64,000 bases of DNA from Chrysomallon squamiferum (GCA_012295275.1 CM022671.1:32674001-32738000), one strand, 5' to 3'. Counted from the stretch's first letter, positions 40,034-56,406 are shown. Numbers and translations: made by a program. The notes: generated by a model not told the origin, from the letters alone.

Positions 40034-42702
40034 ATGAATATTGTGATTAAGAATTACGTATCTGTGCAGCTAATAATTATAGTTATGCTGTCAGTCTCTG
40101 CGTTCCAGTTTGTCTTTGTGCAGGCAAATAAAATAGAAAAAAACATAACGAAAAGTCATTATGTTACTAGATCTGACAAGGCTCTTCCAGGTTGGTTACA
40201 AAGTCTCTCTCTCTGACAGACACATGTAGATACACACACAAACACACATACCCAGACACACAAACATATACAAACGCACACACAAATACACACTACTATA
40301 CACAATAGATACATACTCTCTTACATACACATATAGAGTAACTAATAATCTTAATGTTTATGAGTTGGAGTGAAATAATATAGGATAAAAATTATGTGAC
40401 ATACACTGATATTGGATGGATGTATGAAACAATGTTCTAAGATTTCTCGACAGCCAGTGGACATCGGAGTGCCGGATGTGAGGTGTCACCTGGGGAATCT
40501 GCTGTTTATTAAGTCACAGCTGAAATATTTTGTCCTGTACATTGTCTGTGTGCAGAGTTTAATTTAGTGTACAAAATATTTACTTCTAAATATGGACAAA
40601 TCTAATCAGATGTGACTGCTAGTATATTTGTATGTATGTATGTATCTATCAATAAATATATATATATATATCTATCTATCTATCTATCTTGCATTCGCTG
40701 TATGAAGTGACAAGATATGATGACTAAAACAAATTCACTAGTTTACTTGTGATTTATATATAATTATACCTTGTTCAAAGTTACTTCTTTTTATTTAATT
40801 GAAGATGAAGATCTAAGATTTCTATTATTTATTAAGTCATAACTGAAATATTTTGTCCTGAACATTTTCTGTATGCAGAGTTTAATCTAATGTACAAAAT
40901 ATTTGTTTCTAAATATGGGCAAATCTAATCAGATGTGACTCGTAGCATTTATACATAAATACAGACGTAAATATATTGACAAGAACCTATATATAGCTAT
41001 ATAAATAAAACACAAAACGAACAAATATTTTTCATTAATTATGCTAAATTACAGTTTGTAAGAATAATTTGATTTGAAATCTTCCCTTCTAGGAAATAAT
41101 ACATACATACATACATACATATACATACATACATACATATATTCATGTATGTGTCTCTCTGCGGGTGTGTGTATATGTTTGTATTATCACTATCTATCTA
41201 TGTATCTATCTATCTATCTTGCATTCGCTGTATGACAAGATATGATGACTAGAACAAATTCTATGTTTTTGACGGAAATGTATTTACTTCGGTAGTTTAC
41301 TTGTGATTTATATATAATTATACCTTGTTCAATGTTACTTCTTTAGTATTTAATTGAAGATGAAGATCTTAAAAGACCACTTCATAAAAATAATAGTAAT
41401 AAATTGTTGTTATTTAAGAACTTTTTAAAACATTAGGGGTATTATACAGTTTCAAGAGCTACGAGCTAATATATAAAATTGGTAATTTTCTATATTTTTA
41501 TGAATTATTTAAGAATGCAGGATAAAAGAAATAACTGGTCACTGTGTAGTGATATCAACTTTATCCTGCACAGATTGAATGGTCTGATGCTGTTCGACAT
41601 AGCCTCGTTGAATCCGGCGATTCTTACCTTCGAAGGATAAAGCTGATATCTCAAGACAGCAATCATTTATTCCCAATTTCTTTTTTTTTTTCTTTTTTTA
41701 TTACACGTTTCAGAAAATAACTTAAATAATCAACTTTTCTTTCATTGTTTTTTATAACATTTGATTGTACATTTTATTTTAGGTATCATTGTATCTTTTT
41801 TGGTACACTATAGAACTGCAATGCCCAATTCAAATTTGGATGGAGGGGTAATAATTTATATCGTACAAGGATCTTACCAGGATGCTGTGAACGATTTCAA
41901 AAGGTTTCGGCCTCGGAGGATTCAACAAAACGAAGACTTATTAACGTATGTATTTGATTAACAAAAACATGAAAATGTATCATTAAAGTCAAAGAAAATG
42001 CTGTTGCTGCTAACGATGATACTAGTACTACTACTACTAGAACTACTACCACTACAACCACGACTACTACTACTACCATAAGAAATGACTACTATTATAA
42101 CAGCTGATTCTACGAATAAACAGAAAGAAAATGAAACAACATTCAACCAGAGATACAAAGTTTAAACAAAATTTTAAATCTTTGGCTGTATATATTTGAG
42201 AAAGTATCGTCAAACATCCCATTATAAAGACTATTATTTGTGAAAGATATAATCTGATATAATAATAGTGATGATGATAATAATAATAATTTTTATTTTT
42301 GCAAAAACTGTGACGTTTCTGAATGAACAGGAAGCAAAAGCAAAACTCTAAGATCATACACGGGGAAGAAACAAGAGTATACGTATCACTTATCATTTCA
42401 CAATAAACACACAAACATCACACACACACACACACAAACATCACACGCGCACACAAACACACATGTGTAATATTATGAACGGTAAAAGAAACAGGAGTTT
42501 ATGTCATTTAATTAAAAAAATTATAATTAAAAATAATATTACACTAAGAATTTTACTATTTTTCCTTTTCAGAGGACAGCTTGCATCTAATCAGATAATA
42601 AAAGTTAGAAATATAAACGGGAAGATGACGAACGCGATGTTGGCGATTGAAGCCACACTGAAAGGATCGAAGTTTATTATGAGATACTTTTACTACAGTT
42701 AA
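40034..42702 (+). CDS. Cluster gene 7: secreted basic toxin-domain-like protein, 149 aa, exons 40034-40190, 41783-41945, 42573-42702 (intact)
   Basis: MNIVIKNYVSVQLIIIVMLSVSAFQFVFVQANKIEKNITKSHYVTRSDKALP|GIIVSFLVHYRTAMPNSNLDGGVIIYIVQGSYQDAVNDFKRFRPRRIQQNEDLLT|GQLASNQIIKVRNINGKMTNAMLAIEATLKGSKFIMRYFYYS*. 157+163+130=450 nt. Confidence 0.88.
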
Positions 42703-42839
42703 ATGAAAAAAAAAACAAGATAAACAAACTGTGCTATTGTTGTTCTTTTTCAGTACATAATTAAACATTAATTGTTTCTTATTTGTTTTATCTTTGTTAA
42801 AATCTTATTATTGTTTAGCTTCGTTTATTTTTGTGTTAA

Positions 42840-44065
42840 TGTTGTATTTTATATGTTGATAGTGTAGTTGTATTTTGTAATTTGATAGTATAGTTGTATT
42901 TTGTGTGTTGATAGAGTAGTTATATGCTATATGTTGATAGTGTAGTTGTATTTTGTATGTTTATAGTGTAGTTGTATTTTATATGTTGATAGAGTAGTTA
43001 TATGCTATATGTTGATAGTGTAGTTGTATTTTGTAATTTGATAGTGTAGTTGTATTTTGTATGTTTATAGTGTAGTTGTATTTTATATGTTGATAGTGTA
43101 GTTGTATTTTGTAATTTGATAGTGTAGTTGTATTTTGTATGTTTATAGTGTAGTTGTATTTTATATGTTGATAGTGTAGTGGTATTTTGTATGTTTATAG
43201 TGTAGCTGTAATATGTATGTAGATAGTGTAGTTGTATTTAATAATTGATAGTGTTGTTGCATTTTACATTCTAATTGTGTAGTTGTATTTTGTATGTTGA
43301 TAGTTTACTTGTATGTTGCGTGTTGATAGTGTAGTTGTATTTTGTAAGTTGATAGTGTAGTTGTATTTTGTAAGTTGATAGTGTAGTTGTATTTAATATG
43401 TTGATGGCATAGTTATATTTTGTATGTTGATTGTGCAGTTGTATTTTATTTGTTAATAGTATTGTTCTATTTGGTATGTTGATACTATAGTTTTCTATGT
43501 TGGTAGTGTTGGTGTAGTTGTATTTTCTATGTTGATGGTGTAGTTATATTTTGTAAATTGATAGTGCAGTTGTATTTTATTTGTTGATAGTGTTGTTGTA
43601 TTTGGTATGTTGATAGTGTAGTTTTTTGTATGTTGATAGTGTTGTTGTATTTTGTATGTTGATAGTGTAGTTGTATTTTGTAAGTTGATAGTGTGGTTGT
43701 ATTTTGTAAGTTGATAGTGTAGTTGTATTTAATATGTTGATGGCATAGTTATATTTTGTATGTTGATTGTGCAGTTGTATTTTATTTGTTAATAGTATTG
43801 TTCTATTTGGTATGTTGATACTATAGTTTTCTATGTTGGTAGTGTTGGTGTATTTTCTATGTTGTAGTGTAGTTGTATTTTGTAAATTGATAGTGTAGTT
43901 GTATTTTGTAAGTTGATAGTGTGGTTGTATTTTGTAAGTTGATAGTGTGGTTGTATTTTGTAAGTTGATAGTGTAGTTGTATTTTGTAAGTTGATAGTGT
44001 GGTTGTATTTTGTAAGTTGATAGTGTAGTTGTGTTTTGTAAGTTGATAGTGTAATTGTATTTAGC
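42840..44065. repeat. 26-bp minisatellite array downstream of gene 7 (the largest of six homologous arrays)
   Basis: Unit TTGATAGTGTAGTTGTATTTTGTA(A/T)G. Shorter arrays lie at the same position after the other copies: about 27900-28070, 31075-31215, 34900-35225, 38930-39110 and 47570-48025. Confidence 0.9.
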
Positions 44066-45329
44066 ATTGTGCAGTGCAGGAAATCCACAAAGCTGTCTTC
44101 AGAAATAAAGTATAAACATGGCGTATAAAAATAAAATTGTTTATTTTGGAGAAAACAAATATAAATCGGTATGACTAGCCGCTTTAGCAGTTGAATAATA
44201 ATAAAAAAAAATGAAATGAAGTCTGCGTTCAGTAGGTGACCGCTAATCTAAGGGACATATCCAATGAAGAACAATCGGGACTCGGAAAATGTCCGTACAT
44301 CTTAGGTTGTCGATGATCAGTGAGGATCACAGTATTTTTTGACCTGGCTGAGTCTCGATAATTTGCATCCATTTTAACTCTGGCTTAACTCTAAGGAAAT
44401 ATCAAACTTATTGGTTATAGTGGACTTCTTACACTGTATTAGGATAAAATACAAAATTATTACTTAACGAATGATGTCACACGTAAAATGTTCATTATTA
44501 TTAGTGTAAAAGTGTAGTCAATGTTTTTCTTTTTTTCCCCTACATGATCACTTGCAGCTAGTGTTCGTGAATAATAATTTTATAAAAATTTACCTCGTTT
44601 AAAGTTTCATTTATTCTAATGCGTTGGTCTGAACGATAGAGACAACTGCAATAGTTATAAAGAATTGTGAATGTTTCAGATTAAAAAATAAAACATTTCT
44701 CTTTACTAGTCATGACAAGGCTACATATACAAAATAAGAAATTTACACACCTATATATTTATATCTCTAATGTCTCTGTGTATGTGTATATGTATGTATG
44801 TTCGTGCATATATGTGTATTTGTGTGCATGTACCAATGTGTGTGTATCTAGCTAGGTGTGTGTGTGTGTGCATGTGTGTGTATGTGTTTAATTGTGTTCA
44901 GGTGTGCATGAGTACGTGTATATATGTGCGAGTGTGTATGTATATTTGTGTATTTGTAAACGACTCCATAATGTATAATTCTAATAATAATAATTAATAA
45001 TGTCACATTTAGGATATTATACTTTATAACTCGAAACATACTACCAGTGTTTTAGGAAATCGGAATCACGTGATGGTTTTTGTCTTCTGCTCATTTTAAA
45101 AATGTAATGAAACGGTAATGACTTTATACAATTTCAGCACAAATTTTGTAAATAACAATAACATGAATACTATTTTATGCAAATGAATGAGGATTTTTCG
45201 CGTTGCTGGCATTCTGTCACTTAAGTATTTTACGTAAATGAGTAACTAATATGTTTGCTTCTTTAACAGATCTATTCGAGTTCATTGCGAAAAAGGAAAA
45301 GAAAAAGGACGAAAGAAAGGATAAAAGCC

Positions 45330-45972
45330 ATGAATATTGTAATTAAGAATTACGTATCTGTGCAGCTAATAATTATAGTTATGCTGTCAGTCTCTGCTTT
45401 CCAGTTTGTCTTTGTGCAGGCAAATAAAAAAGAAATAAACATAACCAAAAGTCATTATGTTACTAGATCTGACAAGGCTCTTCCAGGTTGGTTACAAAGT
45501 CTCTCTCTCTGTCTCTCTCTCTAAAAGACACATGCAGATACACACACAAACACACATACCCAGACACACAAACATATACAAACGCACACACAAATACACA
45601 CATACACACTACTATACACATAATAGATACATACTCTCTTACATACACATATAGAATAACTAATAATCTTAATGTTTATGAGTTGGAGTGAAATAATATA
45701 GGATAAAAATTATGTGACATACACTGATATTGGATGGATGTATGAAACAATGTTCTAAGATTTCTCGACAGCCAGTGGACATCGGAGTGCCGGAGGTGAG
45801 GTGTCACCTAGGGAATCTGCTGTTTATTAAGTCATAGCTGAAATATTTTGTCCTGTACATTGTCTGTGTGCAGAGTTTAATTTAGTGTACAAAATATTTG
45901 TCTAAATATGGACAAATCTAATCAGATTTGACTGCTAGTATATTTGTATGTATGTATGTATATATATATATA

Positions 45973-46054
<82 letters not shown>

Positions 46055-47507
46055 GCATTCGCTGTATCAAATGACAAGATATGATGACTAGAACAAATTC
46101 TATGTTTTTGACGGAAATGTATTTACTTCGGTAGTTTACTTGTGATTTATATATAATTATACCTTGTTCAAAGTTACTTCTTTTTACTTAATTGAAGATG
46201 AAGATCTTATAAGACCACCTCATAATTTTTTTTTAGTAAATTGTTGTTATTTAAGAACTTTTTAAAACATTAGGGGTATTATACTAGTTTCAAGAGCTAT
46301 GAGCTAACGGTTAATTTTCTTTATTTTTACGAATTATTTAGGAATGCAGGATAAAAGAAATAACTGGTTATTGCGTAGTGATGTCAACTTTATCCTGCAC
46401 AGATTGAATGGTCTGATGCTGCTCGACACAGCCTCGCTGAATCCGGCGATTCTTACCTTCGAAGGATAAAGCTGATATCTTGGCATAGCAATCAGTTATT
46501 CCAAATTTCTTTCGTTTTTTCGTTTTTTATTAGACGTTTCAGAAAATAACTTAAATAATCAACTTTTCTTTCATTGTTTCTTATAACATTTTTTTGTACA
46601 TTTTATTTTAGGTATCATTCTATCTTTTTTGGTACACTATAGAACTGCAATGCCCAATTCAGGTTTGGATCAGGGTTTAATAATTTATATCGTACAAGGA
46701 TCTTACCAGGATGCTGTGAACGATTTCAAAAAGTTTCGGCCTCGAAGGATTCAACAAAACGAAGACTTATTAACGTATGTATTTGATTAACAAAAACATG
46801 AAAATGTATCATTAAAGTCAAAGAAAATGCTGTTGCTGCTAACGATGATACTAGTACTACTGCTACTAGAACTACTACCACTACAACCACGACTACTACT
46901 ACTACTATAAGAAATGACTACTATTATAACAGCTGCTTCTACGAATAAACAGAAAGAAAATGAAACAACATTCAACCAGAGATACAAAGTTTAAACAAAA
47001 TTTTAAATCTTTGGCTGTATATATTTGAGAAAGTATCGTCAAACATCCCATTATAAAGACTATTATTTGTAAACGATATAATCTGATATAATAATAGTGA
47101 TGATGATAATAATAATAATTTTTATTTTGTAAAGACTGGTACGTTTTTGAATGAACGGGACGTAAAAGCAAAACCCTAAGATCATACACGGGGTAGAAAC
47201 AAGAGTATACATATCACTTATAATTTCACAATAATGCACACAAACACACACGTGTAATATTATGAACGGTAAAAGAAACAGGAGTGTACGCCATATAATT
47301 AAATAAATTATAATTAAAAATAAGTTTACACTAAGAATTTTACTATTTGTCCTTTTCAGAGGACAGCTTGCGTCTAATCAGATAATAAAAGTTAGAAGTA
47401 TAAACGGGAAGATGACGAAGGCGATGTTGGCGATTGAAGCCACACTGAAAGGATTGAAGTTTATTAAGAGATACTTTTACTACATGAAAAATGAAAAATC
47501 CAGATAA
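45330..47507 (+). CDS. Cluster gene 8: secreted basic toxin-domain-like protein, 155 aa, exons 45330-45486, 46612-46774, 47360-47507 (intact, C-terminal extension)
   Basis: MNIVIKNYVSVQLIIIVMLSVSAFQFVFVQANKKEINITKSHYVTRSDKALP|GIILSFLVHYRTAMPNSGLDQGLIIYIVQGSYQDAVNDFKKFRPRRIQQNEDLLT|GQLASNQIIKVRSINGKMTKAMLAIEATLKGLKFIKRYFYYMKNEKSR*. Confidence 0.88.
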
Positions 47508-48029
47508 AAAAAATTGTGCTTTTGTTTTTGTTCTTTTTCACTACATAATTAAATATTTTTGTTAATGTTGGATCTTATATGTTGATAGTATAGTTGTATT
47601 TTGTGTGTTGATAGTGTAGCTGTATTTTGTATGTTGATAGTGTAGTTATATTTTGTACGTTGATAGTGCAGTTGTATTTTGTAACTTGATAGTGCATTGC
47701 TATTTAGTATATTGATATTGTATTATACATTCTGATTGTGTAGTGGTATTTTGTATCTTGATAGTGTCGTTGTATTTAGTAAGTTGATAGTGTACTTGTA
47801 TTTTGTACATTGATAGTATTGTTGTATTTAGTATGCTCATAGTGTAGTTGTATTTTGTAAGTTGATAGTGTAGTTGTATTTTGCCTGTTGATAATGAAGT
47901 TTTATTTTGTATGTTGATAGTGTAGTTGTATTTTGTATGTTGATAGTGTAGTTGTATTTAGTATGTTGCTAGTGAAGTTGTATTTTGTATGTTGATAGTG
48001 AAGTTGTATTTTGTATGTTGATAGTTGAA

Positions 48030-48687
48030 AGCACACATACAAATAGACGTACATACACATTTTTACATAGATACGATAAATTTACACATATAATATGATA
48101 AACAAGACACATACATAGGTTATGATAAATTCGACAAATATAAATATGATAAATTGGATACAACTATACAATACGATAATTTTGAACACAAACACAGTAG
48201 GATAAAACGGATACACACACATACATACATATATACATACATGTCCAGTTCTACAATAAAATAAATTAGAACAGGTACATACACTATGATAAATCAAATA
48301 TGAAATACAATATGATAAACGGGACACACAGATGCAGTATGATAACGTCGACTCGTAAGTATACACCGATAAACTGGACATATATAAATATGATAAATTG
48401 GAAATATATCTCTACTATATTATACATGGTATAACTAGATATATTCTGATGAACTGGACTCATATGGGCTGTTCCACTGTGACTGACGTTGGATTCGGAG
48501 GGACTGGAGATCATTCCAGTTGCTCTGATTGTTAGAATCGAATCACCAGGAATTGCCCATGATCAGATCAGTTTATCGAATATTTATGAACTGATGGCTA
48601 AACAGAAATATGTGTCTGATGGATGTTAAATGCTATATCTATAGGTATCTGCTTCTCTGTCTATCTGACTGTCTGTCGGTCTGTCTG

Positions 48688-48780
<93 letters not shown>

Positions 48781-49035
48781 ACCAAACACACACACCCAGA
48801 CACATACACACAGATACATGGACACGGATATACAATGTGATAAACTGGACACATATTTACAATATGATAAATTGTACACATATATACAATATGATAAATT
48901 GTACACATATATAATATATAATTTTGGCACGTATATACAGAATGATAAACTGGACAGGTGAACAATCTGGACTAATATATATATTTTGGTAAGTTGGATA
49001 CTTTCTTACAATATGATAAACTGGAAACATATATA
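48030..49035. repeat. Degenerate (ACAATATGATAAACTGGACAC)-type minisatellite interrupted by unique and (ATCT)n sequence
   Basis: ATATGATAAA(C/T)TG(G/T)ACAC variants recur at 48030-48460 and 48830-49035. Confidence 0.65.
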
Positions 49036-49577
49036 AAATATGTACAATACATACAGTGTAATAAAATTGCTCCTCTGCTACCATTTATCAAAATATCAAC
49101 AAACATATCATCATTCAAGTTGCAAATAATCAGAAAATAATATTCTTAAACACCTTATGATTTAATTTTGAAAATTCTGACGATTATATTCAGAATAATA
49201 CTGTCCGTTACCTCTTCCCAGTTGACCAGTTATGCTGAAAACAAATGTTCCTAGTTTGTAATGACAGTATACACATTATAAGAAGAAAAACATTCTTTTG
49301 TTTCAGATCCAAAAATAAATATTAACATAAAAACATGTGTACGAGTGTGTCAACGTACATACCTACATCGATCCATCCATCATGCAAGTGGCAAGGTTAA
49401 CAAGAACACCAGATTCTGGACGTATTGTTATAGATTACATGCCATCCTGTATTCAGAGAACCTTGGCGGTTAAATCTGTCACACGTTTATGTAAGGATGT
49501 GTCAAATAAATTGACATTTAAAAAAAAAGGTCTACGTGAATTCATTAAATAGTATTAACGCTTAGACATCACTACGT

Positions 49578-50628
49578 ATGAGACTTTTTGCCTTTCCTTT
49601 CTCTCATGTCCAGTCAACAGAAATTGGGGTCATTGTGAAAAACAAAAAATTATAAAAAAATCATAGGTAACGATGTCGGTTGGTTGTAGAGTTACTATCT
49701 CAATCGCTCTCTCTTTAACTCCTTGTCTATATCTTTCTCTATACCTGTCCGTCTCTCTATCTCTCAGTATGTCTGTCTCTCTCTCTCGCTCTCTGTCACA
49801 TTCAAAAACATAAATGCACCTGCACATGTACACATACGAAATTCTTTGTATGACTTCCAGTAACTGTTATAGGATAATAGATTACTTAAGGCTTCACTGT
49901 ATCAGAGGTTGTGTAAAACACTTTTGAAAGATTTTTACCGATAGCTGGTCAGCATGAGAGTCTAGCAGTGATGAATACAATTCTTTGCTCTAAAATTTGC
50001 TTCTAAGGTCTCTAAAACTATCTGCAGTCTAATCAAACGTACACAAAATATTTATTTCTAAATCCAGATACAAGTATAATTAGCTACGACTGTTAGCCTT
50101 CATGTAGGCGTACAGACGTACGCGTACACACGCATGTGTATAAACGCAAAAGAAGAAACATATTTCATCAAACTCATAACAATAATCAGATCTGTTATTG
50201 ATGACTTCACGTTACTTATTTTCTTCAAATGTTTTTATTTTGTATATTTTATATATTATGTGTCCTTATTAATTATTTAAAGCCGTATCAAAAAAAAAAA
50301 AAAAATAATAATAATAATAATAATAAATAAATAAAAGAAAATATATATAAAATAAATAAATAAAATAAAACAACAACAACAAAAATAATAATAATAATAA
50401 TAATAATAATATATATATATATAAAAAATAATCCTAACTTGAAACTGAGCCGCGGACAGATCTTTTAATGCATTAAATGACTCCAAGAAAAATGAATCCT
50501 GTTTCGTTTAAAAGAATACAAGAAAATGATACGGTAATTATTTAAATAATAAATGAAAATTAAATTTAAATTGAATCATTAAAGTAAAAAAATTTCTGAT
50601 TTTAATGATGATTATAATAATAATAAAA

Positions 50629-50667
<39 letters not shown>

Positions 50668-50960
50668 GAGTAGTAGTAGCAGTAGCAGCAGTAGTAGCAG
50701 TAATAGGAGTAATAATAATGATGATATTAATAACAGTATAGTAGTAACAATTTGCTAAAGCACTCTCACACACACAAATATACACATGTACAAAAGTAAT
50801 AAAATAAACAGGAATATGTATACGTCATTTAGGTAACAAAACTTCACACCAAGAACTGCGATGTTTGTTTTCAGTGAAAAGCTGAAGATAACATTTTAAT
50901 AAAAGTTTTTTTTTTAAAATAGTGAAAAACGTACGAATGCGGCAATGTGGTTGTTTAAAA
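49578..50960 (+). pseudogene. Cluster gene 9: heavily decayed relic of the same family
   Basis: Exon-1-like MRLFAFPFSHVQSTEIG... with stops is followed by GTTGGTTG, the family donor. Exon-2-like ...RSFNALNDSKK...KRIQENDT|GTAATT lies at about 50455-50535. The intron motif TGAATCATTAAAGT is shared with genes 3-6. An exon-3-like block follows TTTTCAG at 50875 (ATAAAAG...GCAATGTGG), then a 3' AAGATAAACAA motif. Confidence 0.55.
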
Positions 50961-51098
50961 AAAATAAATAAATAAATAAAACAAAAGAAAAATAAATAAA
51001 TAAAAGAAAAACACCAAGATAAACAATCTGTTGTTCTTTGTTTTCTCTTTCAATACTCAGTTATCTTCTTCTTTTTTTTATTGTTAAAATGTGATTAC

Positions 51099-51134
<36 letters not shown>

Positions 51135-51746
51135 CTGTTAATGTTAGATTGTTTATGTATTGTTGTATTTTGTGAGTTTTGTGTTTTACTGTTGAGATTT
51201 TTATTCTGAGCAACGTTGAAAAGAGACAAGTAGCCAGGAATCTGAGATCCTTGCAAGATATAGCCCCAGATTCTGAAAAATCTCTTTCTAAAATTTATTT
51301 GCTAATAATTCCGTTTCGTTTGTCGTTTTTCGATTTCTGCGAAGATTTGAAATTGAATATTTGTTGCTAAACTGAATATTTTATTTTTCAAAATGCTCTA
51401 TGACGGTGTCTGTATTAGATTCACACTTGCAACAGTGTCTGTGGCTGTCTAACAAGAAGAAATGAGAACTCTGCGAAAGATAGAGGTGTCTCTCTGATGC
51501 AAGCTCCGGGATCATCAAGTGTTGTCTGTATGTTTGAACTAAGATCACTAAGATATTCAAAAACCATGCATAAGCCGAAACAGTAAATTTTTCATAAATA
51601 ACAGTATGATTAATATTTCCCTTGAATCGTCCTAAAGTGTTTTATAAAAATGTGGAATTAAAACGTATATACACATACAAACATACATACATAAATAAAT
51701 ATACATGAATGTATGTATGCATGTATGTATATGTATATGTGTGTGT

Positions 51747-51783
<37 letters not shown>

Positions 51784-52374
51784 ACTGAAAATTGTATTTG
51801 CTAAAAGAAAGTGTAACTACTCATATTTATCTTCTTTCTTAATCATAACGTAGTCTCATTAATATTTTATTTTACTATTTATTTTCAAAAAGAAAGCAGA
51901 ATTTAAACCTTATTATCATAAGAATTTAATTACGTGATTTCCACTCGTTCGCCGTATTTTTCGTATTTTAATTTTTTAAGTTTAATGGGGTTTTTTTATT
52001 TGGTTTTTTTCGTCTGTTTTTGCTCAGTAAACATTAATATTTGGTAAATTATCGACGTAGCTATGAATTTTATTTGTTTGTTTCTGCGATTACGAAACAA
52101 TAACAAACAGCTGTGTTTGTATATTTTTTCATTTTGGAATGAAAACTTTATGACGCAACACTATTATTAATGTTCTGTTTATAATTCATTGCAGTGTTTT
52201 ATTTCCTTAACATATGGTTTCAGTTGTTTTTTTGTTTATTATTATTTTTATGTAAATAATTTTATATACATATAATTTAAATATTGTTACGACATAGCTC
52301 GAAATGAAAGTACAAAGCGAACCATGAACAACATCACACACACACACACACACACACACGCGCGCGCACGCACA

Positions 52375-53005
52375 TACAATGGAACCTTGACTTATGAGTG
52401 CACCAACTTACGAGTTTTCTGAATTACGAGCGAGCTTCAGATACGCCGCCGCTAGTTGTTGCAACGAACAACACAATATGTGCCCAGCATCCCGCGTCTC
52501 ACTCTTATTTCACGTGGGTACCTCGTCTTGGAAGCATCTCTGATGTGTTATGCTAGAGTTTTGCGCAGTATTTTGACAAATTTCTTTTTTCTGACAATGG
52601 ACCATACAAAATTGAGTGCAAAAGACAGTGCTGAGTAGAAAAAGTGGATGTTGTCCATTGAATTAAAGCATGAAATCATAGAAAGACATGAGCGAGGTGT
52701 GCATGTAGTCGACTTGGCTTGACAGTACGAGAATAGTACAAACTCGTCCAGTCTCCTCCACCTCCGTCACCATTTTCAGATTGGCCAACTTGTCTGATAT
52801 CCAAGTTAAATACACTTTACAAAACCAATTTATTTGTTTACATTCACTTTTATTATTATTTTAGTTTATACAACATTTGTTATTTATAAATACATTTTTC
52901 TTATTGAAAAACAAGTTACAAAATTACTGGGATAGTTTGGGGGCTGGAACGGATTAATGGTATTTCAATTAATTTCAACTGAGAAAATTGATTTGATATG
53001 CGAGC

Positions 53006-53010
<5 letters not shown>
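52375..53010 (+). mobile_element. Internally deleted Tigger/pogo-like DNA transposon
   Basis: Starts TACAATGGAACCTTGACTTATGAGT, a Tigger-type end. 52597-52740 reads MDHTKLSAKDSAE*KKWMLSIELKHEIIERHERGVHVVDLA*QYENST, the CENP-B/psq-type N-terminal HTH of Tigger transposases. The 3' subterminal motif CTGGAACGGATTAAT is present. Confidence 0.85.
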
Positions 53011-53085
<75 letters not shown>

Positions 53086-53658
53086 ATAAAATTGACAAAT
53101 ATCGTATTTTCGGAGATTAGCTCAAAACGGGGTTACAGTTCTGAAAAGCGGAGGAACTGGGACAAAAACAAGTTCAAGAATTAGAACATTTTATGTAGTT
53201 AGGATCTTTTTCATGTATGTGTATATATGTTTTATGTGTGTGTGTATATGTGCGTATGTATGTGTGCTTGTATGTATGTATGTTTGTGTGTGTGTGTATA
53301 TACCTGAATATGTTTATATTTGTATAAATATATATATACACACACACACACACACATACACACACAATTTTATATTTATATTTGTTTGTCAGGTAGATTT
53401 GTCTTTCTGTGTGAATGTGTATGAGTATAATTAAATAAATAAATTAAAAAAATATATATATATTTAAATAAATAAATAAATAAATAAATATACATTATAC
53501 AGCACTATAGAAGTATCAGTTCGTTACATCTGTCAACACTGACACTGACATAACATATTCATTTCAAACGAAACAAACAAAAAAATAATTATCATATTTG
53601 TACCAGTCTATAAACAGAGAGAAACAAATAAATAGATTTTTTTTGGAAGCAAACAGCA

Positions 53659-55074
<1,416 letters not shown>

Positions 55075-55506
55075 ACTTTCGGGGATAAATTTTTGAGAGA
55101 AAGAAAAATAAAGTAACATCAATTTAAAGTGTGTGTTTTAAAATTATCATTGGTTTTAATTGTTTTCTTTTTTCTGTTGTGTTTTTTTTTAATGGTGGGA
55201 TCTATCAGAGTCAGTCACTGAAATGGACTTTTTCCCGTTCTAGATAATTCACCGTCACTAATTTATTCAAAGTGTAGGGGATGGATGTCCCTTAAAAAAA
55301 CTGCTAGGTTTGTCATTTGAAAATGGTTAATATTAAAATGGATTTTAGATACATTTTAGTAGAGATTAATATGATTTTTTTGGTGTAGTCGTAAAATGTC
55401 TGATATCGCGATTTCACAAACCCCGTGAGATGCCGCTGACGAGACTCGAACGTATGGCACCCATTCGCCCGAACGCCAGTACCTTTCGGCAATCAAGACG
55501 ACCCTA

Positions 55507-55730
55507 AAAAGGTTGCTCAGTAACCCAGGGTAATCATGGTTTCCCACGAAGCACGCCGTTCTTTTGTCTATCGTCATTTCTGCGTGAAAGAAACCTGGAA
55601 ACAGCACGACTATTCTCCGAAGGCGGTCGACATTACTCAATAATCGAGGGTAATCATGGCTTCCCAAGAAGCACACAGTTCTTTATCATGTTTGCGCGCA
55701 TCTATTTTTTTGAGGAAACCTGGAACTGGC
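55507..55730. repeat. Local direct duplication in a GC-richer patch between the convergent genes 10 and 11
   Basis: GGGTAATCATGG(T/C)TTCCCA(C/A)GAAGCAC(G/A)C...GTTCTTT...GAAACCTGGAA occurs at about 55528 and about 55648. Confidence 0.7.
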
Positions 55731-55930
55731 ATGTATGAATTTTAGGATTTGAATATTGTCTGTGTGTATGTGTGTGTGTGTGATGAAAAAATATAAAAAA
55801 AAAAAAAAAAAAGAAAAAGAAAAAAAGATATAAAGAAAATGTTGGTGTAAATACTGTTAACTTAGATCAAGAACTCTCACTGCAAATTGTATTTATTTAA
55901 AATACAACAAAACTTTTTAATAGTTTTTTT

Positions 55931-56366
55931 TTAAGGTTTGAAATAGAACTGACTGATACGCGTCTTTCCATCTTTCTGTTCAGTTACATTCATGATTGCA
56001 TTTACATCTGGGTTGCTTTCGGTTTCTACTAACACAAAGTCAGTAGTGCCGGATCGGCCTCTGTAAATAAGAGAACAAAATTAAAATATTCTATACTTGT
56101 TATGGTTTAGACATATAAATAAACAATTCTAATAACGGGTACTGGTTAAACGCTCGTCAAAACTTTGGCAATTTAAATAACGAACGTAGGCAAAATCAGT
56201 TATAAGGACACCATTATTAAACAGTATATTATTATTATTATTATTATTACTATTATTATTATTATTATTATTAATTGTTTATTACAATTATGCTTTCCAT
56301 TCCTCTAAAAACAAAGTAAATTTTTGAATAATTACAATACTCCACACTCGAAAACATACACCCACC

Positions 56367-56406
<40 letters not shown>

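Noticed and set aside
42840-44065. 26-bp repeat array as a CRISPR-like locus
   Set aside because: The units are head-to-tail with no unique spacers, there are no cas genes, and the context is eukaryotic. It is a minisatellite.
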